Below are positions 38,995-50,821 of a stretch of 64,000 bases of DNA, one piece after another (within the stretch, counting starts at the first letter, position 1; each line of letters opens with the position of its first letter). The stretch covers positions 11,532,001-11,596,000 of the forward strand of contig CP158636.1 of NCBI GenBank assembly GCA_050273025.1, written 5' to 3'. The position numbers and the translations under genes are program-made. This DNA comes from Cenococcum geophilum (Eukaryota). The notes under the pieces were generated by a model. The model saw only the letters and a program-made list of their open reading frames with translations, was not told where the DNA came from and searched no databases.

Positions 38995-39076
38995 TATCCC
39001 TTAACCCGTTGGAGTCCTACGCTAAGGTCGTGAACTTAAGCGACCTTAGCGGAAGACTCCAACAGGTTAAGGGATA
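38995..39076. repeat. 82-bp palindromic mini-element with TATCCCTT...AAGGGATA ends
   Basis: Near-perfect hairpin; same termini as the elements at 45976, 46453 and 46762. Confidence 0.7.
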
Positions 39077-39413
39077 AACAACCTGTACGCAAAGTAGGTA
39101 GCTCTCCAGTAATACCGGACCAAGCTCTAGCGTTTCTTGGCGCAACCTCACGCAACAACGATCCTAGCCCTAGCCAAGCCTTTTATCTTAACCACACTCA
39201 ATTATTATGCAGGTTTATTGCCAGCACACTGCCAAGAAAGGTTTCACATGAGGTAGAGTGAGTGGCGCTTAGCGGCGATCTTCAGAACGATAATGAGACA
39301 CCGGAAAAGACCAGCTCCCTTCACTACATATCCGTACCCCATGCAAGAGCACATCAAGGGGCCAGCCATTACAACTCCTGTGAGATAAATACATATATAG
39401 CCTTCAATCTTTA

Positions 39414-40271
39414 ATGTCTTCACCCGACTTGATTCGTTCAACGTTACAAACAGATCACGGCCTCATCTCCATCAGTGATAGTCTCGTCGACTCCGATAAG
39501 CCTGCCCTTCTTCTAATCCACGGAAACTCTTCCTGCTCGCGCATATTCTCACCCATTATCTCCAATCCCTCTATCACTAAGCATCGCCGCATCATCACCT
39601 TCGATCTCCCCGGCCACGGCGCCTCAAGCGATGCTCCGGACCCCGCCACAACCTACAGCATGCGTGGGTACGCCGACCTAGCCGTAGAAATCCTCGCCCA
39701 CCTCTGCATCGACCGTGTTGTGGTGCTCGGCTGGTCACTAGGCGGCCACATCGGCATCGAGATGATTCCGCTGATGGCCCCAACCCTCATGAAAATGGAA
39801 GGTCTCATGATCGTTGGGACGCCTCCGGCGCTAGGGCTGGCGCAGACGAGCGCGGGCTTCAAGAATAAGGACGCGCACATGAGCCTCGCGGCCCAAGAGC
39901 ACTTCTCCAAGCAAGACGTCTATGATTTTTCGCACGCCACTGCTGGAGGCCCTTTTCAGCAGTGGATGCAGGAAACTGTGGCGCGGACGGACGGCAAGTC
40001 TCGGTTTCTCATGTGGAAAGCATTCGCTGGTGGTGTCGGTGTTGATCAACGGAAGGTCGTGGAGACTGAAGACGACATCCTAGTTGCAGTTGTTAATGGC
40101 GGGGCAGAGCCATTCGTCGAGCTAGATTATTTGGATGAGATTAAGTGGAAGAGGTTGTGGCAGGGGAAATGCCTGAGATTAGAGGCGCTAGGGCATGCGC
40201 CGTTCTGGGAGAAGCCTGAAGCGTTTTCCCCGGTTTTGGAAAGCTTCTTGAAGGATTGCGATAAGGTTTGA
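39414..40271 (+). CDS. Alpha/beta hydrolase fold protein (intronless)
   Basis: LLIHGNS, FDLPGHG, GWSLGG nucleophile elbow, C-terminal GHAPFWEKP. Confidence 0.9.
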   Translation: MSSPDLIRSTLQTDHGLISISDSLVDSDKPALLLIHGNSSCSRIFSPIISNPSITKHRRIITFDLPGHGASSDAPDPATTYSMRGYADLAVEILAHLCIDRVVVLGWSLGGHIGIEMIPLMAPTLMKMEGLMIVGTPPALGLAQTSAGFKNKDAHMSLAAQEHFSKQDVYDFSHATAGGPFQQWMQETVARTDGKSRFLMWKAFAGGVGVDQRKVVETEDDILVAVVNGGAEPFVELDYLDEIKWKRLWQGKCLRLEALGHAPFWEKPEAFSPVLESFLKDCDKV

Positions 40272-40490
40272 TGCACCTCAGAACATTTAGACGTCTGAGA
40301 GGGTGGCGCTGCTAGATTGTACGACTTGATAAGATATATTTTCTTGATTCGTAAAGCCCCCCTTTTTTTCATTGACTTTCTTCCCTACCAATAATATATC
40401 TACCAGCAATAGTATGTTCGATGCCTAGCTAAAGAAACTCCCCTTTTTATTACTGCTCGTAGCTTCTGAACTTTCTCTTCCTGCTCGCTC

Positions 40491-41373
40491 AAGTATACTC
40501 CCAAACGTAAAATTCACCCGGGACAGGGCGCACAGGATATTGACATCCACACAAGTGGAAGTAACCGTGGCACCCGCGATTTGCTGAATGATGTTCCAAT
40601 AAACGCCTTCCGTGGAGCTCAAGTACGAACAGGCATAGAAATATCAAGGTTCACCAAACCACTATTTTCGTAAGCGGCGAAACCGCCAACATGAGAGCCC
40701 GATGGTATGAAAGTTGTGTGAATGCTAAGGAGCCACTCGGGTCAATATACTATCGTTGACCGCCTGGAACTTCCACATCCTAGTTGTGAATAGAAGGTCA
40801 GCATACTACAAAGATCTAAGAATTAGTATTCAGTTTCCTACTCACCATAAAACCCGAAGAATAGAGCACTGTCTCGTTGCCGAGAGGACAGCTCGGAACA
40901 ATATCGGTGGGGCAGTACGAGCATGTTTCACTGAGATCATCGGCAGAGAATACCCCACCGTAAGCATTGACGACAAAGCCGTCGATGAATGGAACCTGTG
41001 GGTTATAAATCGTCATTGTGAACGGACAGTTGACCACTGGTAGGAGACCTAGAGTGTTGTCATTGCGTCTGCGTAGTGTTGCGAATCATTCCCAGAAATG
41101 AAGATTAGTTTCGGCTGGCATATAGCTTACTGATACATGTATTGTGAGTAGCAAGCCCCATTACAATATGAATACCCCTCCCCGTTCACAAAGGGGCAGA
41201 GGAATTAGTTGTAATAACAAACGTACCAATCCCTTTCTATCAGTATGAATAGGTATGTATGTTTGGGCTTTGGATTGCATACCTGACTAGGATCATACTG
41301 CTGTGAACCGCAAGTGTCTGCTCAAGCAGAGGCAAACAAGAGTGCAAAGAGTAACAACGAAGGAAGGATAGCT
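40491..41373 (-). pseudogene. Pseudogene of a secreted 'IgE-binding protein'-like cell-wall protein
   Basis: SYCPTDIVPSCPLGNETV, DVEVPGGQR*YIDPSGSLAFTQ, FYAC, WEYT*; signal-peptide-like AILPSLLLFALLFASA*; in-frame stops and frameshifts. Confidence 0.65.
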
Positions 41374-42244
41374 ATTGCCTATCTAAAGCTCTAATTTGAG
41401 ATAAAAAGCTCAGAATTACTTGAGAAGTGTCACAAGTTCCTAATAGGACAGTGAATTCGGCTTCGAAGTTGTAGAACATAGCTGCTATATGTATTTCTAA
41501 AGAATCGTTTGCACATAACTGGAAGCCTGAAATTAAGGCACCACGAGCTCTAAGAAAAACTCACCAAAAAGCAAGATACGTGTCAGGCGCGGACAAAAGA
41601 AATCGAGAAAGCAACTGCTACTCGTTAGAAAAGTAGCATTGCGGTAGACCCTAGAGATAGTGATCCGGGGCTAGAAAGTACGAGTTCTTCTGAGCGAGAT
41701 CAGGAATATGAATTTCCAGGTTGATAGTAGCAACCTTGTGACAAAGATAGGTTAATTGATCGACTATTTCCATCGTAAAAAGAAGTCGTCACTAGGGATT
41801 TGGTGTCCCGTGATCCGGGGGCAGTTATTTTAAATGAGAATCCAACCCGGCGGCAGTGGCAAAGGCAACACAGAACCACTTTATGGGGCAATTTCCATTG
41901 ACGTGCCCCGTAGCACCCGTGGCCGATTATCTTTTTTTCAACCATACTTTCTCAGTTATATACGAAGTACTCCAAGGCATGATCATGAGACAAAAAAGTA
42001 TCGCGTCTATCCTCGCTTATAAAATGAACTGGAGTTTCCGCGACGTCCCTCCCATCCCTGTACTGCTTGAAACTGTACCGAGTTATCGGAAATAAGGCAT
42101 GCACAAAATCGTGCTCGGTTATGCGCTGCTTCGTGTGTTATTGCGTGCACTGAAATAATGAAACACGAGGAAGCTGAATCGCCCCCATCATCAACATTGA
42201 AATCACAAGAAACAAAGCCGAACCGCTGTGGCATTACAACAATA

Positions 42245-43921
42245 TTAACGTCCGGACTTGCGCTTCTCAATAGCCCTTGCAATAGGATACACAATAGCCG
42301 TGAACACTGCGCTGAGATAGATGCCGATGTCACCACCAAACCCACCAAATTTCGCCGCGATGGGTCCAATATACCATGTCTGAGCCATACCCGTGACTCC
42401 TCCAGCCAAGTAGCCTGTCAATAATGCTAGGACTGCCGCAATTCCTAGTGGCAGTTTGGACGGTTGGTCCCACGCAGGTAGGTTGTAACCCTCTTGGCGG
42501 CGGAACCACTTGTCCTCGATCAGAAGGATGAGGGTGAAAGAAACTGCCCAGTAACCGAGCAAGGACACAAAACTGCTGACTACGGTAGAGAGATGTTGCT
42601 GGCCGGCAATTGCGAGAACAGCAGTGACGATGGCAACCAGGAGAGACCAGATAAAGCGCGGCACAGCGTGGAACCAGTGGCCTAGCAGTTGCAGCGAAAG
42701 ACCGCATGAATAATTAATTGCAATATTATTACCGAGAACGGAGGGGGTGAGAAGAACAAGGCAGAGCTTGGACCACCCCACCGGGTGGTAGACCTCCCTA
42801 ATCAGACCTCCGAGCCCGTGATTCTTGTACGCATCAGCGTAGGGTGGGTATGCTGCTGTTACAGCGGCGTTGCCGAGACAGGCACTGATGACAATGCTGA
42901 AGGTGGTTGGAATGACTACACCCCAGAAGGAGAGGGCAAAAACTTTCCAGGCTTTGGTATCGGCAGGGTAGTTGCAATAATAGTCAGAAGCGATTGAGCA
43001 CCAGCCCGAGGCATTCGCTTGTGATTGGATTAGTACGACGACGGTAAATAGAACTTCGAAACCTGGAATGTTACTCACAGAAGTTGATGGCGAGAATTGT
43101 TAAGAAGGATCCGGCGAAGTCTAATCCGAAGTCTCTTCCTGGTGCTTTAGGGTCTACATGAGGTGCGGCTTGTCCTATCAGGACGAGAAGTAACATGAAA
43201 GTACTAATCCAGGAGTATTTCTCAAAAGCATGGATTAGCTTAAAGCCGAAGACAGAGATAATATATGATATGATCGCAATAATCACAATGCCGACGGTGA
43301 TGCTCATTGTGTAGTCCGAGACGGCGCTAAGGATTTGGCCGACAACGACATAATTGACAACCGAAAAGCCGCCTCCCACAACAACATTGAGTACCGAGCA
43401 GAGCTTTGCCCCCCAGAAGCCGAAGGAGTACCGAGATGTGACGATTGCACGCATGCCAAGCTGTGACGAGAGTCAGTCTACTCCTGCGGACACCAATTGC
43501 TTAGGATACTACTTACCTTCGGTCCCAGTGTTCCAGTATACGCAGTGCAAAGTGCACCGAGCAGGGTACCAACGATGCTCGCAGCAATTGACTGGTTGAG
43601 TGACAGGCCAAATTCAGGACCAAGAACACCCAGAGGAACGACGCCGACATGAACATTCAAGGACCACCACATAAGGAAAATATTCAAGATTGGCGGCGGC
43701 TGCTTCTCTGCCTCCGGAATCCTGTCAATCCCTCGAGTTTCGATGCCACCGAGCTTTTCGTCGAGCCATTCTTCACCCTTGCGCATTGAGCGGAGGATTC
43801 TGTTGCGGCTCTGAAGCTCCTTTGCGCGGATCTCTTCAACATTGTCAGCACCAACATCCGCCGTGTCAGTCACGGCGGTGCCTTTGTGCAGCTGGGCCTC
43901 GACGTCTTCCTTGGGCTCCAT
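42245..43921 (-). CDS. Purine-cytosine/vitamin B6 permease, NCS1 (Fcy/Tpn1-like), 3 exons
   Basis: GIETRGIDRIPE, GTLGPKLG, SRYSFGFWG, SDYY, NNIAINYS, GMAQTWYIGPIA; many TM helices. Confidence 0.9.
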
Positions 43922-44700
43922 GGTGGTGAGATTGGGGAGTTGGATGTAGGTCCAGCTGTGAGAGGGACAAAGATGGTCCCGACTGTGTTAAAATATATCT
44001 CATTCCGCGTCGTACGTCACCTATCACAAGGTTGTAAAAGCTTTTAGAAGCTGACGAGGACCTAATAAATAAGACGAGCCCCTGCGGGGGTGTTTGCCGG
44101 AATACTAAGGTAGGGATATGTAGGCAGATGGCCGACGGGCCCACCCTGGTAGCGTCCTACGAAAGTCGGACCAAAACACCAGAATCAAAAGTACGCGCAT
44201 TACCTACATAGGTTTAATTAATATACGTCAATCAACCATGCCTTCCAATCGCACTTCTGATGATATAGACTTTGTTCCACCGACTCAATATATTGAGTGT
44301 ATATAGCAACTGTATACTGAAATCGACAGCTTCTACAACCACGTAGATTTGATCACAGAGCCTGATTCTATTAGCTGGATCTTATCGATAACCGTAGGAC
44401 ACATTTTACCAGGCGAAGGGATACTGCGAATAGCGCCCGAACGCGGTACCATGTCAACCTCGCTCAAGGCCATTCAAACTTCCCTGTCAAACCCTGTCGA
44501 GCCCTATCAAGCTCAGAAAACCCCTTGGAAAAAGATTTGGACGATTGCCATGGATCATCTTAAGCTATCCAATAGCAACTCCTACTTACTTTCTAGCCCT
44601 AGTGTATCGGAAAGATTGAATCCTTCAAACAAGTGGCGCTGCTCGGCTTCTCCTGGAATTCGTAAGTTCAGTGCACCTTACATTTTCTATGGTATCTTAC

Positions 44701-44919
44701 TATGGTATCAGGGGAAAATATTGTTAGTTCGGCGCTAAGCCGAGGTTAGCTACGATAACTCTATAACACAGTAAAAAACCAAGCTAGGTAGCGAGCGGAG
44801 TTTATTTAGGAGCGGACTGCAAGAGTTGCGTGAAGGTTTGCGTTTTTGACTCTTAGAACTAGCTAGCCCCGGTGGCCCCACTTAGCGCCGAACTAACAAT
44901 ATTTTCCCCTGATACTATA
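44701..44919. mobile_element. MITE, TA-flanked (Tc1/mariner-like)
   Basis: ~39-bp TIR TATGGTATCAGGGGAAAATATTGTTAGTTCGGCGCTAAG and its reverse complement at 44881-44919. Confidence 0.75.
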
Positions 44920-44921
44920 GT

Positions 44922-45034
44922 TGTTGAACGGACAATTAGGTCAGGAAAGGAGGACTCGTGTGTAGATTAATCTACGAAGAAAAGAGACTATATATATACA
45001 TGAGGTAGTACGTAATGACTAGGTAATAGAAACA
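44922..45034 (-). repeat. Diverged solo LTR of the TRIM-LTR family
   Basis: Shares ACTCGTGTG..GATTAATCTA.GAAGAAAAGAGACTATATATA..CATGA..TAG..TACGTAAT with the LTRs at 24610 and 25514; no clean TSD. Confidence 0.55.
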
Positions 45035-45260
45035 GGTTTGTAAGACATTAGCGGGGTAGTGAGACATAGGGTGGTCCGTTCGACAATAGTAGACCCAGCT
45101 CTGCAGATATCATAGCCCAGCACTCAGTTGAAGAAGAAAAAACGTATAGCAAGCGACGCCTTTCGATAAGTACGCCGTCTCGGCGCCTCCGGTTGAGAGC
45201 GTGTTTATCTGATCTGATTGGCTTGACCTTATCGATAACCCGAGGGCGCTGAGCTCCGTG

Positions 45261-45622
45261 TACGGAGGTCGCTAACATCTAAATTTGCACCTGCCTAATT
45301 AGGAAAATAATTCGCTGACTCTCTAAGTATATTAATAAATTTATATTTTTATATTTTATATAAATTCTAAATTAAATTTATTACTATTAATAGTATTAAA
45401 GTAGTTATTATAACTTAAAATTTATTACAATTTATTGGTGCTATAATTTACGCAGCCGGTATTGCAGCTTACGCAGCAGTGCTAAGAATTACGCATTTGT
45501 AGCGGGATCGTGTCTAAATTTACGTAGGGTAGGCTGATAGCTACGCACCCGTGATTTCACGTGCGCAGTTGCTTAGTTTCCTAATTGGGAAGGTGCAAAT
45601 TTAGATGATAGCGACCTCCGTA
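45261..45622. mobile_element. MITE, TA-flanked (Tc1/mariner-like)
   Basis: ~46-bp TIR TACGGAGGTCGCTAACATCTAAATTTGCACC... / ...GGTGCAAATTTAGATGATAGCGACCTCCGTA. Confidence 0.8.
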
Positions 45623-45975
45623 GAGCTTTGGTAGAGAACCCCTGAATCGTTCTTAGCGCGTGCTGTATTTACCCAAATCTACTAATCTATATAGTAATTC
45701 TAGCTTAAAGTTAAAGCCCCATAATTAATTTCCCTAGCTACCAAAACTTTACTAGAGGCCCTGCACGGAGTTGTGCACGGAGCGTCTACCCGACCCAAAA
45801 CCCAGTGGGTATTACCCGACCCATTGTAAGGTCTAGCCAATATCGATTGCCTACCTTTATAATTTTAAGGGCTGGCAAATACAACACTTATAGATAACCC
45901 TAAAGCTTGATCGCGAAACGGTGCTTCAAGTAAGCGATTCGGGTTAGACAAATTCTAAAATCGCAATTAGTTGGC

Positions 45976-46053
45976 TATCCCTTAGCACGGTAATTGGGGC
46001 CGTTGGCATTCTTATTGATAAGCCAAGGGCTCCAATTACCGTGCTAAGGGATA
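45976..46053. repeat. 78-bp palindromic mini-element (TATCCCTT family)
   Basis: TATCCCTTAGCACGGTAATTGG...CCAATTACCGTGCTAAGGGATA. Confidence 0.75.
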
Positions 46054-46452
46054 CCGCTTTAACGCTTATATAAAGCTACAGCTCTAAGGAATCTATCGCT
46101 TATTGATTCTTAATGGCCACAAGAGCCATATATCAGTTCAGTTCGTTGAATATTGCGATACTTATAAGATTATTCCCATTTATCTACTGCCTCATTTAAT
46201 ATATGTTGATGAGGGGGGATAGGCGCACCCTGCGATCACGTGATAGCCTCGCTTATCGTGACGCGTCCCCGTGTGACAATATATATACGTTAGCCCTTAG
46301 ATATACATATATCTCCCTTTAGTAAATACTTATAAAAAGTAACTCTAAGAGTTTTTTCTCTTTAGAGCTATAAGTATTTCTAAGCTAGGGTTTTTTGAGT
46401 TCTACTCAGCTGCACGAAATAAAGGCTATATTATTAGCTAATATAATAAGCG

Positions 46453-46746
46453 TATCCCTTATCCCGTCAATTCGCGTCCAACCGTTATCGATAAGATCTC
46501 GCCAATCAACTGAACTGAATTCGATGCGCGCGCTGGGGCCAAAAACTATAGTATTTTAACACACAAGCTCAATCTTAGAGTTGAGTCGCTCTATATAAGG
46601 TTGTCAGCAGTTATCCTTCTTGCAGAACGGTATTTTACATATACTGCAACCAAAAGAAGCCCTTTAAGCACGCTCACGCGTTGTTTTTAATTCTGGTGTT
46701 CGCGCACGGGCCACTTACTCGTTGGACGCTGACGGGATAAGGGATA
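46453..46746. mobile_element. MITE (TATCCCTT family, 294 bp)
   Basis: TIR TATCCCTTATCCCGTCA / TGACGGGATAAGGGATA. Confidence 0.75.
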
Positions 46747-46761
46747 GCGGGTGATAGGGCT

Positions 46762-46905
46762 TATCCCTTGCTACGGTGGTTTGGGTCCAACGTTATCGAT
46801 AGGAATTGCACCAATTAAATCAGCTAAATCCTCCCTCAGTCCTGATGTTTTTTGGTGTTTGCGCACAGGCCACTTTTGTATTGGACACCACCGTAGCAAG
46901 GGATA
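46762..46905. mobile_element. MITE (TATCCCTT family, 144 bp)
   Basis: TIR TATCCCTTGCTACGGTGGT / ACCACCGTAGCAAGGGATA; shares GCGCAC.GGCCAC and TTATCGATA motifs with the 46453 element. Confidence 0.75.
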
Positions 46906-47464
46906 CTATTAGGTGCGAGGTATTCCGAGACAATATGCAGAGTATATAGACACCCCTACGCATCGCCTGCGAAGCCCTACGCCTCACGTGCGCTTCACGT
47001 GCTTCGCTTAAGGCTATACTTATTGTAAGAATACATACGTTGGATCCCGCAACAGTCGCGATATATTCGCGAGTACTGCTGTCTTTTTGGCCTGTTTGGC
47101 GACGTGGAGGCGGGACACGTTACACTTATATTCCCACATACCTAACGAATCCCCTTAAGGATTCGTCTGTATAAGGAATCAAGCCCCTTTTGCTATTTAT
47201 TCGAGCTCCCTACCGTTTGCCCTTATATATACCCCTAACTGTCAGGTGACGGGCCCGTGCGTCGGGGGCCCCGACAGTCACCTCGCTTATATATATTGTT
47301 CCACGCGTCCGGCAAGTGTGCCAGATACTCGCTTACTTTTTGGTATGTTTGGCTGGGGTGGCGTAGAGCCTGTCGCCTCGCACTCCCCTCTATTATATTA
47401 TCTTGGATTTAGCCTAAAATACCTCCTTTATTAAGCTTTACTAATAAGGATGGGATTTAAGTTA

Positions 47465-48188
47465 GGACGCTGTTAGCCATACACCCCCTAAACGATACGC
47501 GTACACCCCCCAATTGATACGCATACACCCCCTACCTCATTTGGTTTAGACGCTTCCTCGTTAAGTTAGATGCTTCCTTATTAAGTTAGAATATCACGTG
47601 CGTTTGACTTGTTTGCGCCTACATCACGAAAATCAAAGTGCGCGCCATGCAAGTTTTATAACTGCAACATCACGATTAAGTCTTAATTTTAGTTATATTA
47701 TAAGTAGTAGAGTCTAAATTTGGATCGCACCTAAGTCGATTAATTGGATTGCGTAGTGCTTTGTAAGGCGTCACGCAAACTAATTTGGGTGCTGCCACCT
47801 CTACTGCCCGCGCCCGTGCCCACGCCCGCGCCCGCGCGCCCGGTCGGACCCAAATTAATACCTCTGCTTCGCATCTAAGAGCCTGCAATTGTAGAGCATC
47901 GTGGCAGTTAGCCAATTAACTCTATAACTAGCTCTAAAATTGCTAATCGCGTTGACAGATCTTCTCGTAGAGAGCCCTCAGCATTTGAGCGAAATACTAT
48001 GCTACGGGCTCGCACTTTGATTTTCGTGATGCAGGCGCAAACAAGTCAAACGCACGTGATATTCTAACTTAATAAGGAAGCATCTAACTTAACGAGGAAG
48101 CGTCTAAACCAAATGAGGTAGGGGGTGTATGCGTATCAATTGGGGGGTGTACGCGTATCGTTTAGGGGGTGTATGGCTAACAGCGTCC
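47465..48188. mobile_element. Foldback/Mutator-like non-autonomous element, copy 2
   Basis: Near-perfect ~180-bp TIRs starting GGACGCTGTT; 8-bp TSD TTAAGTTA. Confidence 0.9.
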
Positions 48189-48429
48189 TTAAGTTAATAA
48201 GCTTATTAGATTGCTTTTATAAAGTATATTACTCCTATTGTCAAGTGACGGAGTCATCGCTTATATGTATTGTTCTACGCAGCATGTCTAGCAATTGAGC
48301 CAGATATCCGCTTACCTTTTTGGGTTTGTCCAGTGGCCGAGCGTAGAGCCCGTCACCTCACACCTTTACTTTAAAGCTTTAGTTAACTTCTAATAACTTA
48401 CTATAGGTATAGTTACTAATTAAAATAAT

Positions 48430-48735
48430 CCTTTAGCATATATAAACAAGGAGCTTCTAGAAAAGCAAAGGTAAATGCGCCGTAGGAAGAGAAGCCACGG
48501 AAGAAAGTTCAGCAAAGGGCTCAAAAGGAACAGGATTGACTGCTTAGAAGGAACGGAATGCAGCTCTACGAGGCGTCATTACTTTCGCAAAGAAAGTTTG
48601 GAAGGAACTTTCAATGGATCACGATGTATTTATGTGGGCGAAGTAGATTTGGGTTGCAATTGATTCGATTTGGGTGAGAGTCCGTGCAGCCGATCGCACG
48701 ACTCAGGGGGTGACTCGTATGGGTGGCTACGACGT
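48430..48735 (+). mobile_element. 3' remnant of a Fot1/pogo-like DNA transposon
   Basis: Decayed K/E/R-rich frame ending ALRGVITFAKKVWKELSMDHDVF, followed by a terminus ...GGCTACGACGT|TA. Confidence 0.45.
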
Positions 48736-49435
48736 TAGAATGTATGAGAACCTTCACTTTGTCCATACAAATCTGCCTCAACGCTAGCAGTCCGCACATA
48801 TATCCCCATTGTATGAGATAATTCTGACCTTGCCTTCATCTACTGCAGACCGCCCACGACGCGGCAGATGAGTTGTTTCCGCCAACGAAACAGGGAGGAG
48901 AGGTGTAGGTTGGCACGGACATTCGGGGCTTCCCCGAGATCTGCTTAGACGTTCTCGGAGAATTACCTCCTTTTGGTCAAAACCCCTCCGCCCTGTTTCA
49001 TATCCTCTCGAGTGATGCAAAAGCCAAGTAAAATGGTCTCTGCAGATCATTGGAGGACCAAGGAGTCCATTATATCACGGATTACTACTTACAACTAAAA
49101 CAAAAAGCCCCACAAATCGCCGTCTTCCGGTCATTAGAGGATGAATGCTCTCCATGTCTGTTTCTAGGGCCGTCAAGCCACTGTCCAAAACGGTCAAGCT
49201 ATTGTCCGAACTAGTCAAGCCTTGTCGCGTTTCTCACTACCTAGGATTCATCTTTGCCCAGAACTGGTCATGTCATTTCTCACATATATACTTAGTGGTC
49301 TCCTTGTTAGCAATGTTCTACCTTGCTTTCATTCAAAGGTAGCAGGGTCTGATTCTTTATATTTATTTGTTTTTCTTCGACAACCTAAAAAGAGTCTTAC
49401 TGTTCAGCACTATTATCAATTATTTTGGCTTCAAA

Positions 49436-50821
49436 ATGGTTTTGTTCGCCGTGCTTTCCATCCTCTTACTAGGTGTAGGAGTCAATCTTGTATCGGCTCT
49501 GCCAAACACCGAGCCTGTTCCAACCACTGTTGCCAAGCTTGAAGATAGAGCAACCACCTGCACTTTTACTAATGCTGCCTCAGCCAGCAAATCCAAGACC
49601 TCATGCTCTACCATTGTGCTTAGCAGTATTGCTGTCCCATCAGGAACTACCCTGGATATGACTGGTCTGAAAACTGGGACTACGGTACGTCAATAGCCCT
49701 CCTGCAACCAAAAACGCTAAATTTGATTGCTCCATGCAAGTGTATCGAAATAATTTCCTAATCCTTTCAGGTCATCTTCGAGGGGACAACAACTTTTGGT
49801 TATAAAGAATGGTCCGGGCCGCTCATTTCATTTTCGGGCACTTCCATTACCATCAATGGAGCCTCGGGACATGTTATTGACGGCAATGGCGGTGAGTTTC
49901 AATAATTCCGAAACACGGATGTCGCTAACAACTCTATAGCGGCCTGGTGGGATGGAAAGGGTGGGCATGTTCCCAATTTCTTGGATCTGAATAATGTGAT
50001 GAAGTTTTTTGGGCTAACTTTTGGCTTGCAGCAATGGTGGGAAAACTAAGCCAAAGTTCTTCTACGCCCACAGCCTGAAATCCTCTACGATCTCCAACCT
50101 CAATGTTAAAAACACGCCAGTCCAGGGATTCAGCATCAACACTGCTACTGATTTGACTCTAACGCATATTACGATTGACAACTCAGCCGGAGACACAAAC
50201 TCGCTCGGCCATAACACGGATGCTTTTGATATTGGCAGCTCTACTAGAATCACCATCTCTGGCGCAAATGTGAAGAATCAGGATGATTGCCTAGCGATCA
50301 ATAGTGGCACTGACATTACTTTTACTGGAGGCACCTGCTCTGGAGGCCACGGTTTATCCATTGTAATTCGTCAGTCCCCCATTTACATAAATCCCAGCTA
50401 ATAGACCCAGGGATCCGTCGGCGGGCGCTCCTACAATACTGTCGCAAACGTCCTGATCGAAAGTTCCACAGTCACTAACTCGCAGAATGGTGTGCGTATC
50501 AAGACCGTCTACGGGGCCACTGGGTCTGTCACCAACGTTACGTACAAAGACATTACACTCTCTAATATCAGCAAATACGGTATCGTCATTCAGCAGGATT
50601 ATGAGAATGGTTCGCCTACAGGCACCCCAACAACCGGGGTCCCGATTACCGATTTGACCTTGTCAAACGTCAAAGGATCCGTACGCTCCAGCGCTACGGG
50701 TATCTACATCCTCTGCGGAGATGGCAGCTGCTCGAACTGGTCCTGGTCTTCGGTTAGCGTTACTGGAGGGAAGACATTAACTTCGTACACAAACGTGCCG
50801 AGCGGTATCTCACTAGGCTAG
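49436..50821 (+). CDS. Endopolygalacturonase, GH28, secreted (5 exons)
   Basis: Signal peptide; [29 protein letters not shown]; catalytic NTD, QDD, GHG, RIK motifs. Confidence 0.95.

Noticed and set aside
41581..41743. TG...CA segment as a solo LTR (similarly 51237-51361 and ~47024-47276)
   Set aside because: No matching TSD and no second copy in the window
38058..48188. Single giant composite transposon
   Set aside because: Each foldback element has its own distinct TSD, indicating independent insertions
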